Sequence record: OP953026.1
Reading direction: 5' to 3' (one strand)
Length of the DNA: 64,000 nt
Below, piece by piece: positions 1-10,488 of this stretch; position 1 is the stretch's first letter, and every line of letters starts with the position of its first letter. The notes beneath the pieces were generated by a model that did not search any database, was not told the origin of the DNA, and was given only the letters and a program-made list of their open reading frames with translations. The translations under genes were made by a program, and so were the position numbers.

Positions 1-1
1 A

Positions 2-118
2 TACACTCTTTCTCTACAATGGACTGATGATCCTAATCTTCGAGATAAACTAGAGGACAGTGTGCATATTGTTCCTGTACCTGATCCTCATTGGGTGGAG
101 CCTAATTCAAATGAATAA
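2..118 (+). CDS. 3' end of a gene starting upstream of the window (partial)
   Basis: Open frame from position 2 (YTLSLQWTDD...HWVEPNSNE*). Its stop TAA 116-118 overlaps the next gene's start (ATGAATAA). Confidence 0.65.
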   Translation, partial: YTLSLQWTDDPNLRDKLEDSVHIVPVPDPHWVEPNSNE

Positions 119-551
119 TCCAGAAACCCCATGGGTACAAAATAATTATCCTGTAGATAGCATCATTGTAGATCAGAGCGGTAATACACCGCTCCCTGAT
201 CTATTTCAGTTTAATGGAAAAGAGAAGAAGACCACACTTGATAATGAGAATTTCTTTTCATTCAAAGGTCTTCGGATGTATCTCATCACTGGTAAAAAAG
301 AAAAGGCTTTTCTTCAACCAGAGGTTAATTCCCATTATAAATTAGACTATGGTTTAAAGTATCAATATGTAGATGGACTTACCAATATCCTTCGTGATAC
401 CCTATTATTAAATCTTAATAGTCGACCATTCGTTTTATTTAAAGCAAAAAGTTTTGGTCCATTAGTTTTATCAGGAGCAAACCTAACCATTCAAGAAAAA
501 GAATGGTTTGAAATTGTTTGTGATGTTATTAAATCAATCAAACAGAGATAA
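111..551 (+). CDS. hypothetical protein
   Basis: ORF track 60..551. ATG 111 preferred because it overlaps the upstream stop. Confidence 0.7.
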   Translation: MNNPETPWVQNNYPVDSIIVDQSGNTPLPDLFQFNGKEKKTTLDNENFFSFKGLRMYLITGKKEKAFLQPEVNSHYKLDYGLKYQYVDGLTNILRDTLLLNLNSRPFVLFKAKSFGPLVLSGANLTIQEKEWFEIVCDVIKSIKQR

Positions 552-555
552 CTTA

Positions 556-1482
556 ATGCATACTGAACATAGCCTTAAAATCAGTAAAAAGATTAACTTC
601 CTTGTGCAAGTAGAAGCACGTATTAATGAACTATATCAGCAAAGACAAAATATGTCAATTGATCAATTCTCAAAAGAATTTTTCAATGAATCACCTGATG
701 TAGTTAAACAAGCTATCACTGAGCTATATACAACATATCCATTCCAAGATGAAACTAATCCAAAACGGCAAAACCTTCGTTTAGCTATATTTATCCACGA
801 TAATGATGTTAGTTGGATTAGTTCAATTCTAGGCGTAGATGAATTTAATAATGTTTTAAGGCACGCAGATATTTTTTATAATTATGTTAGTAGTTGCGAG
901 ACTGTTGTTCAGCGTAATTATTATGCGTCTTTACCAGATTACCGTGGCTACATGTATGCTATCTATGAAGAGGCATTCAACCGCGTTGCCCCACTAGTCA
1001 ATAAGTATTTAGATATTGATGCACATGACAGTGTTTCATTTTTAGAAACACCCCATGTTCTACCAAAAAAGAGTGTATCTATTAAAGATATTATTGATCC
1101 ATTTGGTCCATATAAACCTAATTACTGTATTAGTGATATTTATAGTGCACAAGCTACACAAGTAACAGAAAATACATATATCGCAGTTAATACATTTATC
1201 CGTACTGAGGTATATGAAAGACTATGTGCTGAAGGCGATACTGTAGATAAGATTGTTATTTCAGATAAACAAAGTATTATTAATGATGAGGATTATATTA
1301 AACTAGTCCAAGATAAGATTAATGCATTCCATAAAGAAATGGTAGATAATGATTTTATACTTTATGCGCCGTTTAATATGTCCAGGTTAATTTATGTAAT
1401 GAAGGCTAAATATCCGATTAAAGTTACTATTAGTTGTAAGGGATTCAAGCATATTGGAAAATTTATTGCTTATAAAAAATAG
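556..1482 (+). CDS. hypothetical protein
   Basis: ORF track 508..1482. ATG 556 lies just after the previous stop; long ORF with phage-like codon usage. Confidence 0.75.
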   Translation: MHTEHSLKISKKINFLVQVEARINELYQQRQNMSIDQFSKEFFNESPDVVKQAITELYTTYPFQDETNPKRQNLRLAIFIHDNDVSWISSILGVDEFNNVLRHADIFYNYVSSCETVVQRNYYASLPDYRGYMYAIYEEAFNRVAPLVNKYLDIDAHDSVSFLETPHVLPKKSVSIKDIIDPFGPYKPNYCISDIYSAQATQVTENTYIAVNTFIRTEVYERLCAEGDTVDKIVISDKQSIINDEDYIKLVQDKINAFHKEMVDNDFILYAPFNMSRLIYVMKAKYPIKVTISCKGFKHIGKFIAYKK

Positions 1483-1492
1483 TAGTTTTTAA

Positions 1493-2629
<1,137 letters not shown>

Positions 2630-2632
2630 CAG

Positions 2633-2678
2633 CATAAGCCCTCCCATTACGGGAGGGCATTATGTCTTTTTTTTATTT
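2633..2678. terminator. bidirectional intrinsic terminator
   Basis: GCCCTCCC-ATTAC-GGGAGGGC hairpin (2638-2658) with a downstream T tract, between convergent genes. Confidence 0.85.
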
Positions 2679-3491
2679 TTAACGCATGAAGCCAGGGCGC
2701 CTATGTTTAACTGGTGAAATATCCCAGCCAAGACTTTTCGCTAGATCTGTCACATTGGTGATATCAGAACATTCAAAACCCATGTTAATTTGACGTTCAC
2801 GTTCACGCTGTACCTGATATAGAGTATCAGGCGTGATAACCATTAATTGATCTTCATAGTTCTCTAATGCAGGGGAATTCCATTTATTAGCACCGTAAAT
2901 ACCACCTTCCCCAACCATATCCCAAGTTGAAATCTCACGGGTATATTTGATACCGCGCATAGGATCATCTTGAGTTATTGACCTTACCGAGCAATAAGTA
3001 TTCTGAGAAGGATTGGTAATAGATGCTTCGAAGTACTTACCAAAAGGACCGTATGGTTTGCATTTGCCAAGTACTAGTTTAATAGGAAGACCTTTCTCAT
3101 CTGTAGAATCAACCAGAATAAGTTCCTTAATATGCGCACACACACGATCATCATCGATTTGACGAATTCGCATTAGGTACTCATGTTCATTCATCCGTGT
3201 GCCATCTTTACGATAGGGTTCAGGGTGTTTGTATTCCATGAATAGAACACCCTTTTTAACACGGCGCATTAAAGGTGAGTCTGGATTAAACATAGATACG
3301 CCGGATGCCATTTCATAGAACATACCAGCTGAATTTCGGGTACCATAAGCTCCTAGTGGAGTTAGATAGTAACCATCCGCATCAGGTACTAATACACCTT
3401 TTTTATTAGTACCGGCTAACATATCACTGCCGATAACTACTTGGTTATTAGTACGCTGTTGCAAACCAGAAAAATTAGAATATGGTTGCAT
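2679..3491 (-). CDS. head maturation (prohead) serine protease, phiKZ gp175-like
   Basis: 270 aa. EYKHP (His) and YCSVRS (Ser) motifs, and an ALE self-cleavage-type site near the C-terminus. Length and synteny match recalled gp175. Confidence 0.85.
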   Translation of the reverse strand: MQPYSNFSGLQQRTNNQVVIGSDMLAGTNKKGVLVPDADGYYLTPLGAYGTRNSAGMFYEMASGVSMFNPDSPLMRRVKKGVLFMEYKHPEPYRKDGTRMNEHEYLMRIRQIDDDRVCAHIKELILVDSTDEKGLPIKLVLGKCKPYGPFGKYFEASITNPSQNTYCSVRSITQDDPMRGIKYTREISTWDMVGEGGIYGANKWNSPALENYEDQLMVITPDTLYQVQRERERQINMGFECSDITNVTDLAKSLGWDISPVKHRRPGFMR

Positions 3492-3502
3492 AACGCAACT
3501 CC

Positions 3503-4231
3503 TTAGGTCCTGAGGAGTTCTTCAATAAGCTCTACTGACTCAGATGGGTTAACAAGTGCTGATGTGATACCTTGATCAAAATAAGCCCCATTGAGTTTTG
3601 ATGTTGTGTCTGAAGTATTCCAGATAACTGAACGGAATGGTACGTCGACTGGTGGATTATCCACGATATCACTGTGTCTAGTTAACACATGTCGATATAG
3701 TTGTGATATATCATCCGAGGCACGCTGAGTGGTTGAAATAATAAGTTGTAATGTAGGCCATCCACCAAGGTTAACACCAGCGTGTAAATTAGCTGTCTCA
3801 AATAATTTGGCTTTGTCATAATAGTTAATATACCAAGGGAAGTTTCCTTTGTTAATTAACTCATCATAGACATAGTAAGTTAATGTATCATTAACAACTA
3901 AGTAAGTATTCTGGAAAATCTTACTACCTTTATCAAAATGAAATTCTAGATAAACTTCACCATTGATGTGGACGCGTTCAGTAGAGATTGGATTTATCCG
4001 CATCATTGCAATGGTATTATTTACTGCGTAATATTCATCATTAAAAATAATAGGAAATATACCAATAGTGAATACTTCACTACCAATAACAGCTAGATGT
4101 CTTCCTGTAAATCTTTCTGGAATCTGTATTTTACATGGGGCATTAGTTACTACTGAATTATCTTCTAAATCAGTTAGATGACTGTGGACCCGTTCTGGAT
4201 CCCGTCGAAGAGAACGTACGTCCATTATCAT
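3503..4231 (-). CDS. probable virion RNA polymerase beta' C-terminal subunit, phiKZ gp176-like
   Basis: 242 aa, between the protease and the head protein/RNAP genes as in phiKZ and SPN3US. The C-terminal DTTSKLNGAYFDQGITSAL segment is compatible with a beta' C-terminus. Confidence 0.6.
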   Translation of the reverse strand: MIMDVRSLRRDPERVHSHLTDLEDNSVVTNAPCKIQIPERFTGRHLAVIGSEVFTIGIFPIIFNDEYYAVNNTIAMMRINPISTERVHINGEVYLEFHFDKGSKIFQNTYLVVNDTLTYYVYDELINKGNFPWYINYYDKAKLFETANLHAGVNLGGWPTLQLIISTTQRASDDISQLYRHVLTRHSDIVDNPPVDVPFRSVIWNTSDTTSKLNGAYFDQGITSALVNPSESVELIEELLRT

Positions 4232-4304
4232 GTCCTAATTGTTCATTTATGTAAAGATTAAAATACTTAATCAAAATCATGCACCTTTAAATATTCGCTG
4301 TATT

Positions 4305-4332
4305 ACTCCGGTATCCTTCCAAATACCGGAGT
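4305..4332 (-). terminator. hairpin, putative terminator
   Basis: Perfect 10-bp stem ACTCCGGTAT/ATACCGGAGT downstream of the 4379..5938 gene. Confidence 0.6.
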
Positions 4333-4378
4333 TTATCATCGATTGCATGTTTTAATGATTATTAACCATTAAGATAAT

Positions 4379-5938
4379 TTAATTAGAAACTTCTTCTTCG
4401 ATTTCAACATCATCTAAAGTTTCAGTGCTATCATCTTCTACAGTTTCAATAACTTCTTTTACTGGTAGTTTTGCATAAGGATCAACAACACCAGTGAACC
4501 GCTCAACTTTAATCTGTTGAGACAGCCATGCTGCCATTAGTGAAATTAGTGATTGTGTATTGAGTTCACGTAGAGTGGCCTCAGGATACATTTGACTAAA
4601 TTCATCAACTGCTAGCAGATATTGCCAGTAAACATTTTCTGTAAAGAATGTTTTACAGATAAGTTTACCAAAGGTGATATAAGGATTCTTAAGATCTTCA
4701 GTCGTCATCGTACTCATTGCTTCTTTAATACGATATTCGAGTTCATTAACATGGCGATCTTTAAGTTCAGTATTAATGACACCATCCATAAATGATTCAT
4801 GAATGTCATTGCGTAGTTTACGTAAACCTTTATCCATAGCCGATTGTTTAATCAGCGGATATACTGATAGCCAACGTTGAATAAACTGTTCTGAGTTATT
4901 AAGAATCTGTTCTAGGTAAATGTTATTACTACCTGCTACAGCTGCACCAAGGATAGCTTGGATGTCACCACCGGCTAATTCAAATTGAGGTGCAACATCA
5001 CCATTAATGATTACTTTGCAACGAGAATTAGCAACTACATTATTAGCTTCTGAGGCTAGGATGAGTAGACCTGCATCACGATCAGCTTGACGACGTTCAT
5101 AAGCACGCTTGAGATAGAATCCAAACATCTCATGTAGTTTACGAATAGTTAGTGACCATGTTTCTAGGTCAACATCACTCTCGCCAATAACTTCAACCGG
5201 GTTATCGATGTAGTGACCGCAAATCATGTAAGCCAGAGCTAGTGAATCAACAGTGAATGGGAAGGACCTACCCACAACATATTCAAGTTCACCTGGAATG
5301 AGAAGACGACCATCATTGAAGATAGAATTCCACACACCTTCAATAACAGCGGCACTATTAGGAATAGATAGTAGCCATTCTTCAACTTCAGTTTGATCTA
5401 GATGCGGATTACCCATTGACACTAACCGAATAATTTCATTAGCATCAATTGATTCTAGAATAAAGGTACGATACTCAGGTAGCGGCTGTAAATTATTGTA
5501 TCGTGTACTAACGTGTGCAGTTAAGCGGGGATCACTATGAACTGCATTATAGTGGTAGAATGTAGCGCTTACATCTGGTTGACAACTAATGCTTTGACGC
5601 TCATTAAAAACACGTACCATATATTCAATTGCAGGGCAAATAACATTCTGCGTATTGAATTGGATCTTTTGTAATGATGAGCAGACATGTGCAATCAGAG
5701 CTTCTTGCTCTTCTTCTACACTAACAGGTTGCTCTTGGTTAGCTTCCTCGAAGAACTCTTCTACAGATGCTTCCAGCTCTTCAGAGAGGGCAACTTTATT
5801 AGAGTTGCCATCTACACTGAAACCATCTGCAAAGACCGCAAGGGGATATGTTTCATTAGGGATAACTAGAACAAGGTTATCCTCAGTTAGACTACGTGCT
5901 GAGCCAACAATCGCAGCTTGGGTTTCTTTACAGAACAT
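4379..5938 (-). CDS. internal head protein, phiKZ gp177-like
   Basis: 519 aa with acidic N- and C-terminal patches; synteny within the virion module. Confidence 0.6.
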   Translation of the reverse strand: MFCKETQAAIVGSARSLTEDNLVLVIPNETYPLAVFADGFSVDGNSNKVALSEELEASVEEFFEEANQEQPVSVEEEQEALIAHVCSSLQKIQFNTQNVICPAIEYMVRVFNERQSISCQPDVSATFYHYNAVHSDPRLTAHVSTRYNNLQPLPEYRTFILESIDANEIIRLVSMGNPHLDQTEVEEWLLSIPNSAAVIEGVWNSIFNDGRLLIPGELEYVVGRSFPFTVDSLALAYMICGHYIDNPVEVIGESDVDLETWSLTIRKLHEMFGFYLKRAYERRQADRDAGLLILASEANNVVANSRCKVIINGDVAPQFELAGGDIQAILGAAVAGSNNIYLEQILNNSEQFIQRWLSVYPLIKQSAMDKGLRKLRNDIHESFMDGVINTELKDRHVNELEYRIKEAMSTMTTEDLKNPYITFGKLICKTFFTENVYWQYLLAVDEFSQMYPEATLRELNTQSLISLMAAWLSQQIKVERFTGVVDPYAKLPVKEVIETVEDDSTETLDDVEIEEEVSN

Positions 5939-5949
5939 TTTAACACTCC

Positions 5950-6147
5950 TTAGATATTGAGGTTCTTCATTAAGCGAGCGTTTAAAGCTGCTGCAATATC
6001 AGCCTCAGTTAAAAACTCCCCATTCAGAGATGGGGAGCTGGTGGTGCCACCAAGCGATTGTAGAATTGCTTGAGTACCTAGTTTAACAGCAGCATGAAGA
6101 ACAGCAATGTTCTGACCATGTGCTACATTATTACTTAGCTTTTGCAT
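5950..6147 (-). CDS. small protein between the RNAP beta gene and the head protein gene
   Basis: 65 aa. Its start overlaps the end of the RNAP gene, and it is followed by an AGGAG RBS for the next gene. Confidence 0.65.
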   Translation of the reverse strand: MQKLSNNVAHGQNIAVLHAAVKLGTQAILQSLGGTTSSPSLNGEFLTEADIAAALNARLMKNLNI

Positions 6148-9100
6148 TAGTGTTTCCTCTATATACAGCTACAAGATGTTTTCCAGCTGCCCACAAGATA
6201 CCAGTTGTTGTAGCAATGATTTTAGGAGATAGAACCATTCGTTCTTCTACCGATGTATTACCGAATAGTAGATCAATATTACGGCCATCTTCAGTTTCAT
6301 TACGTCCAGTCATTACACGGGAGAATACCGTTTTCATCTGGTTAGCTACTACGCCTTTATCTCCAACACCACATGGGATATCATGATCGATATACACTCG
6401 AATAATCATGTGGTCATATTCTAAGGCTCGTCCTTTCACTCGATAGTTAGCATCTACTTGTCCAGTGAAAGTAGGTTCTTTCAATGATTTAGCTCGTTCA
6501 GCGCGTTGTTTATCTGACGTATTAGCTAATGCTTGTAAACTTGGTGTCATATCGTCTATTTCACCATGATAGAAGCATTCAATCTTTGATACTGTACCTA
6601 CGAGCTTAGCACGTGGCGAATATGCTGATAGTTTGCGTAATGTCTCAATAGATGCCTCGTCATATAGTGAGTGAGCAGCTGTTTCAGGATCTTCAATTAT
6701 ACATAGAATTGAATTTAAGTCGACGTGATCCCCAACTTTCACCATATCTCGAATAGTCTGATCAAACCTAACATCGATATTCTTGATTGCAGTTGTTTGA
6801 GTATTTAACCTTTTAGCTAGGTCTTCAGAAATAACTGAACCGTCTTCTAAAGTGTCAAGGTTATCATCAAATGCTACAACAGCCATACAACCGGCTTTCC
6901 ATAATACTTGCCCAGGCGTATACCTATCTTCAGAGAAATAACGTTTGTTATATGTGATAGTATCTCCACGTTTAAACTTATCACCTTTCTTTAATGAGGT
7001 AACAAGAATGTGTGGATAGTTAACACCAGCTGCTGTGCCATGAACTGTACCTAATTGATATCCAAATACATTACCATCGGCATATTTAACTTGGATACCA
7101 TATTCATCAATAGCTACAACCTCACCATCTTGTTCTGCTGCTACAGCAAAGATAGAACTAGTCCTTTGGGCTATGATTTGTTCATAGCCTGTACGAACTG
7201 GTGTAACTGTATACCCATCAGCATAAATACCTTGCTGCTGCTGAATTGAGATAAAGTTAATTCGCTTAGGGTCATCATGTTCGGTTGCAACACCAAGCAG
7301 TGCACTAGTTGAGAGTAGTCTAGCTGGCCCATCTGTCTTTGGATCAAACATACGCGTAACACCACGCATGTTTACAAAGTTAGCATCAGGTACTAAGTAA
7401 GCAATAACACCAACGTCACCTGAGTCCACAGTTGATTCACTGACCACACCAACATCCGCTTCACCGTAAATACGTGTACGTGCAACCATTGAAGTTGGAC
7501 CGCGTCCACCATCTCCACGATAAGTCATCGCTTCTTGTTCACGGATATTTGCAATGGGGTTAGAATCTTCAATAGTGGCTACTGTCGGATCTTGTACAAT
7601 CTTGCGCCAGATCACGTGTGGATCTAACTCGACAGTTTGCACTGACCCACCATTACGCATATTAAATACACGTACCGCTCTATTGAGTTCATTAAAAATA
7701 GCCCCTGCCATGCGCTCATAACCACGATAGCGCATATATGCACCATCTACTTCTGCTGGACTCCAGTCGTTCGTTAATAACTCGACAGACCGATAAAGCA
7801 ATCCTTCAAAAGTAGTTGGTTCACCCATCTCCTTGAGTAGACCCTCAGTGATTGGATCGACCCATGCTGAGAAGAGTGTATCAATATCACGTGTAAATCT
7901 ATTACTTAATCCAGCTTCTTCAAGAACCCTGAAGTAAACATCTCGTTTATTGAAATCATAAACAGAATAACGCCGCAGTGATTTATGATAACGTTTGAGT
8001 CCACTTAATACAAGCATTGCTTTATAATCAGCTCGATCAAATACTAGGATCTCATCAGCGAACGCTAATGTATAATCCGTACTATTGACAACAATCCTGG
8101 TACCACGCTGATGACGCTGATAATTAACATTCAACTTCTTAAGTAGATTGTTTAAGCCATGGTGATATGCTAAAATGAAACCTAATGGTAGCTCTTTACC
8201 ACCAATTGACATTAGAATAGCTTCTAACGGCGCTTTGGTTAGATCTAAGCCAAGTATATCTGTAATGGTACCAATAGGTTCTAGCTCATTACCTGTTTTC
8301 ATGTAAAAGATGGAATTCTTATCTAACAAGATAGCATCAGTGCCATTGAACCCCACCATTATCAAATCATCAGTTTCATAATCTTCGATATGTAATCCTT
8401 GTTTTGCAAAGAATTCATTACGATCTTTGAAATTAAAATAGAACACATTACGGTGATTATGGAAGCCTTTAAAAGCTGTTCCTAAAGTAGTGTACACCCT
8501 TGGTAGAACATAGTTGGATTGATCTAATTCAGCATAGGTAACTGAATGTACAGACATATCACTTCCATCTAATGCACGGTTGGTAATCGCTCTGATTAAC
8601 CAATTATCAAAGTTGTTTTCAGCACGTTCAGATCTGGTCACAAAGGTCTTATTATAATAAGAGGTCAATGCAACTTTACGTGGATTAACTTTACGAATTG
8701 GAATATCAGCACGTTGTAAACGTTGGCGATATGTTACCCCATTAGACATGAACCTACCGTCATTATCAATGACAGGGATACGGAACATTACTTGTGAACT
8801 TCTACCACGAATAGGCTTTAATGTAACTTTGTGGATTTGGTAATGGTTACCAGAATCGCGTACAGTTTCAATTTTGTAATTAGTTACTGATACGCCTTGT
8901 TTCTGAACAGATAACACACTGTTTAAAATATCTTTCTTTAATAAGACCTTGTTGTATTTGCGTTGGATGGCTTTTAACTTACTACCCAACATTGATTTAT
9001 CAACAATGGTTGGCTTATCTTCAAAAGTGGTGTCTTCTGGAATCTTAAGATCATCTGGATGATATTCCATCGCCTCAGCGATCGTCATAGGTTCTACTGA

Positions 9101-10486
9101 TTCATCATTAGGATCGGTAAATGGATCAGGTAGACGACGATACATAATCGAATCTTCTTGAGCTTGCTCGAATGTATTCGCAGAAATCATATTCACGCGA
9201 TACATGTCGTATGCTTTAGCTCTAATGGCATCGATTAGTTTATCTTCTTCATCAACTTCAGTATTGATGAATAACTCATCTTCTGGTACATCTGTTACAA
9301 TGAGTTCCTTCTCTTCTTTAATTTGGCGAGAAGGTGAAGATTCCAGTGGATCTTTTTCAATGATAAGCTTTGTTACCTCAAGATCACTTTCTGGTGGTGG
9401 GGTATATGTTACCTCAATTGCGCCAATATCAATTAAGTTAGTTAAGTTGGTTGGGTCAAATTGAACATCATCAATAACATCAACTTCAGTTACTTCTTCT
9501 TCAACGTTATTAGACTCAACATCCTCAACCTCTTCTGCTTCACCTTCTTCATAACTAACCGGAGTTTCTTCATCAACAATAATATCTTCATTAAAGATAG
9601 GCGTATCTTCTTTAATTAATGAAGTATTACCTTGGTTATATTCAACCATCGCTGATACTAGTGAAATAAGGCGCCTAGCTATTTGCTGGGTATCATAACC
9701 TTTATCATCTTTAATTTCTGGATCACGACGCCATTGATCAAGCATCCCTAAGTTAATAACAAAGAATGAACTTTGTACACGGAATAAAAGATTAATGTTA
9801 CCGTAATACTTAGCATCGATGACATTCATGAAAGAACTTTCACGATCATCAGAAACCCAGCGAACTAAATCAAATATATTTAGAATATCAGGTGTATTGA
9901 ATTGATTAGCTAGATCTTGAGTTAAACCCCCTCGTAGTTTATTAAAAGAAGAAGGAGGTGGAACTAACTCAGGTAAGTGTACATCAATGAACTGGTTCCA
10001 ACCAGGAAAACGTTCACATGCAGCCGCTACGCCACTCCAGAATGTACGCATGTCATTTGACCAACGGAACCATGTAGCTTTATAAGAAGCCATATAATTC
10101 CATTGAGGGTTAATTAAATTATAATTCATTACCAGAATGTTCTGGTTTGATAATTTAAAACCGGTATCACTGCGTAAAGGTTTAAAGAAACGGTTCTGGC
10201 GGCGAAACTCTTGAATCATTGTTGCTGGGATATTTGAAGTCCTACGTGGATTACCTTCAAATGTAAGCATATCAGTAACATGCTCAATATATACTTTACC
10301 TTGATGTTTGGAGAATAATGGGTCTGTTTGACTAGGACCCATTACTGCATTATTACCATCGAAGAACTGATAAATGGATTCGAAAGGTAGATCAAGTTTA
10401 TTTAGAGCATGCAACTTAGGTGACTGAAGTTTAGCATATTCGCGTACACTATAATTTTTCAGAAACTGTGTAATATTTAAGCGCAT
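6131..10486 (-). CDS. rpoB: virion RNA polymerase beta subunit (large part), phiKZ gp178-like
   Basis: 1451 aa with beta-like motifs RINFISIQQQQ, DDNLDTLEDGSVIS and GDKGVVANQMK. Length matches recalled gp178. Confidence 0.9.
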   Translation of the reverse strand: MRLNITQFLKNYSVREYAKLQSPKLHALNKLDLPFESIYQFFDGNNAVMGPSQTDPLFSKHQGKVYIEHVTDMLTFEGNPRRTSNIPATMIQEFRRQNRFFKPLRSDTGFKLSNQNILVMNYNLINPQWNYMASYKATWFRWSNDMRTFWSGVAAACERFPGWNQFIDVHLPELVPPPSSFNKLRGGLTQDLANQFNTPDILNIFDLVRWVSDDRESSFMNVIDAKYYGNINLLFRVQSSFFVINLGMLDQWRRDPEIKDDKGYDTQQIARRLISLVSAMVEYNQGNTSLIKEDTPIFNEDIIVDEETPVSYEEGEAEEVEDVESNNVEEEVTEVDVIDDVQFDPTNLTNLIDIGAIEVTYTPPPESDLEVTKLIIEKDPLESSPSRQIKEEKELIVTDVPEDELFINTEVDEEDKLIDAIRAKAYDMYRVNMISANTFEQAQEDSIMYRRLPDPFTDPNDESVEPMTIAEAMEYHPDDLKIPEDTTFEDKPTIVDKSMLGSKLKAIQRKYNKVLLKKDILNSVLSVQKQGVSVTNYKIETVRDSGNHYQIHKVTLKPIRGRSSQVMFRIPVIDNDGRFMSNGVTYRQRLQRADIPIRKVNPRKVALTSYYNKTFVTRSERAENNFDNWLIRAITNRALDGSDMSVHSVTYAELDQSNYVLPRVYTTLGTAFKGFHNHRNVFYFNFKDRNEFFAKQGLHIEDYETDDLIMVGFNGTDAILLDKNSIFYMKTGNELEPIGTITDILGLDLTKAPLEAILMSIGGKELPLGFILAYHHGLNNLLKKLNVNYQRHQRGTRIVVNSTDYTLAFADEILVFDRADYKAMLVLSGLKRYHKSLRRYSVYDFNKRDVYFRVLEEAGLSNRFTRDIDTLFSAWVDPITEGLLKEMGEPTTFEGLLYRSVELLTNDWSPAEVDGAYMRYRGYERMAGAIFNELNRAVRVFNMRNGGSVQTVELDPHVIWRKIVQDPTVATIEDSNPIANIREQEAMTYRGDGGRGPTSMVARTRIYGEADVGVVSESTVDSGDVGVIAYLVPDANFVNMRGVTRMFDPKTDGPARLLSTSALLGVATEHDDPKRINFISIQQQQGIYADGYTVTPVRTGYEQIIAQRTSSIFAVAAEQDGEVVAIDEYGIQVKYADGNVFGYQLGTVHGTAAGVNYPHILVTSLKKGDKFKRGDTITYNKRYFSEDRYTPGQVLWKAGCMAVVAFDDNLDTLEDGSVISEDLAKRLNTQTTAIKNIDVRFDQTIRDMVKVGDHVDLNSILCIIEDPETAAHSLYDEASIETLRKLSAYSPRAKLVGTVSKIECFYHGEIDDMTPSLQALANTSDKQRAERAKSLKEPTFTGQVDANYRVKGRALEYDHMIIRVYIDHDIPCGVGDKGVVANQMKTVFSRVMTGRNETEDGRNIDLLFGNTSVEERMVLSPKIIATTTGILWAAGKHLVAVYRGNTNAKAK

Positions 10487-10488
10487 GA

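Noticed and set aside
60-110. Hydrophobic N-terminal extension of the first ORF (MCILFLYLILIG...)
   Set aside because: It overlaps the 3' end of the upstream gene in another frame; ATG 111 is the more likely start.
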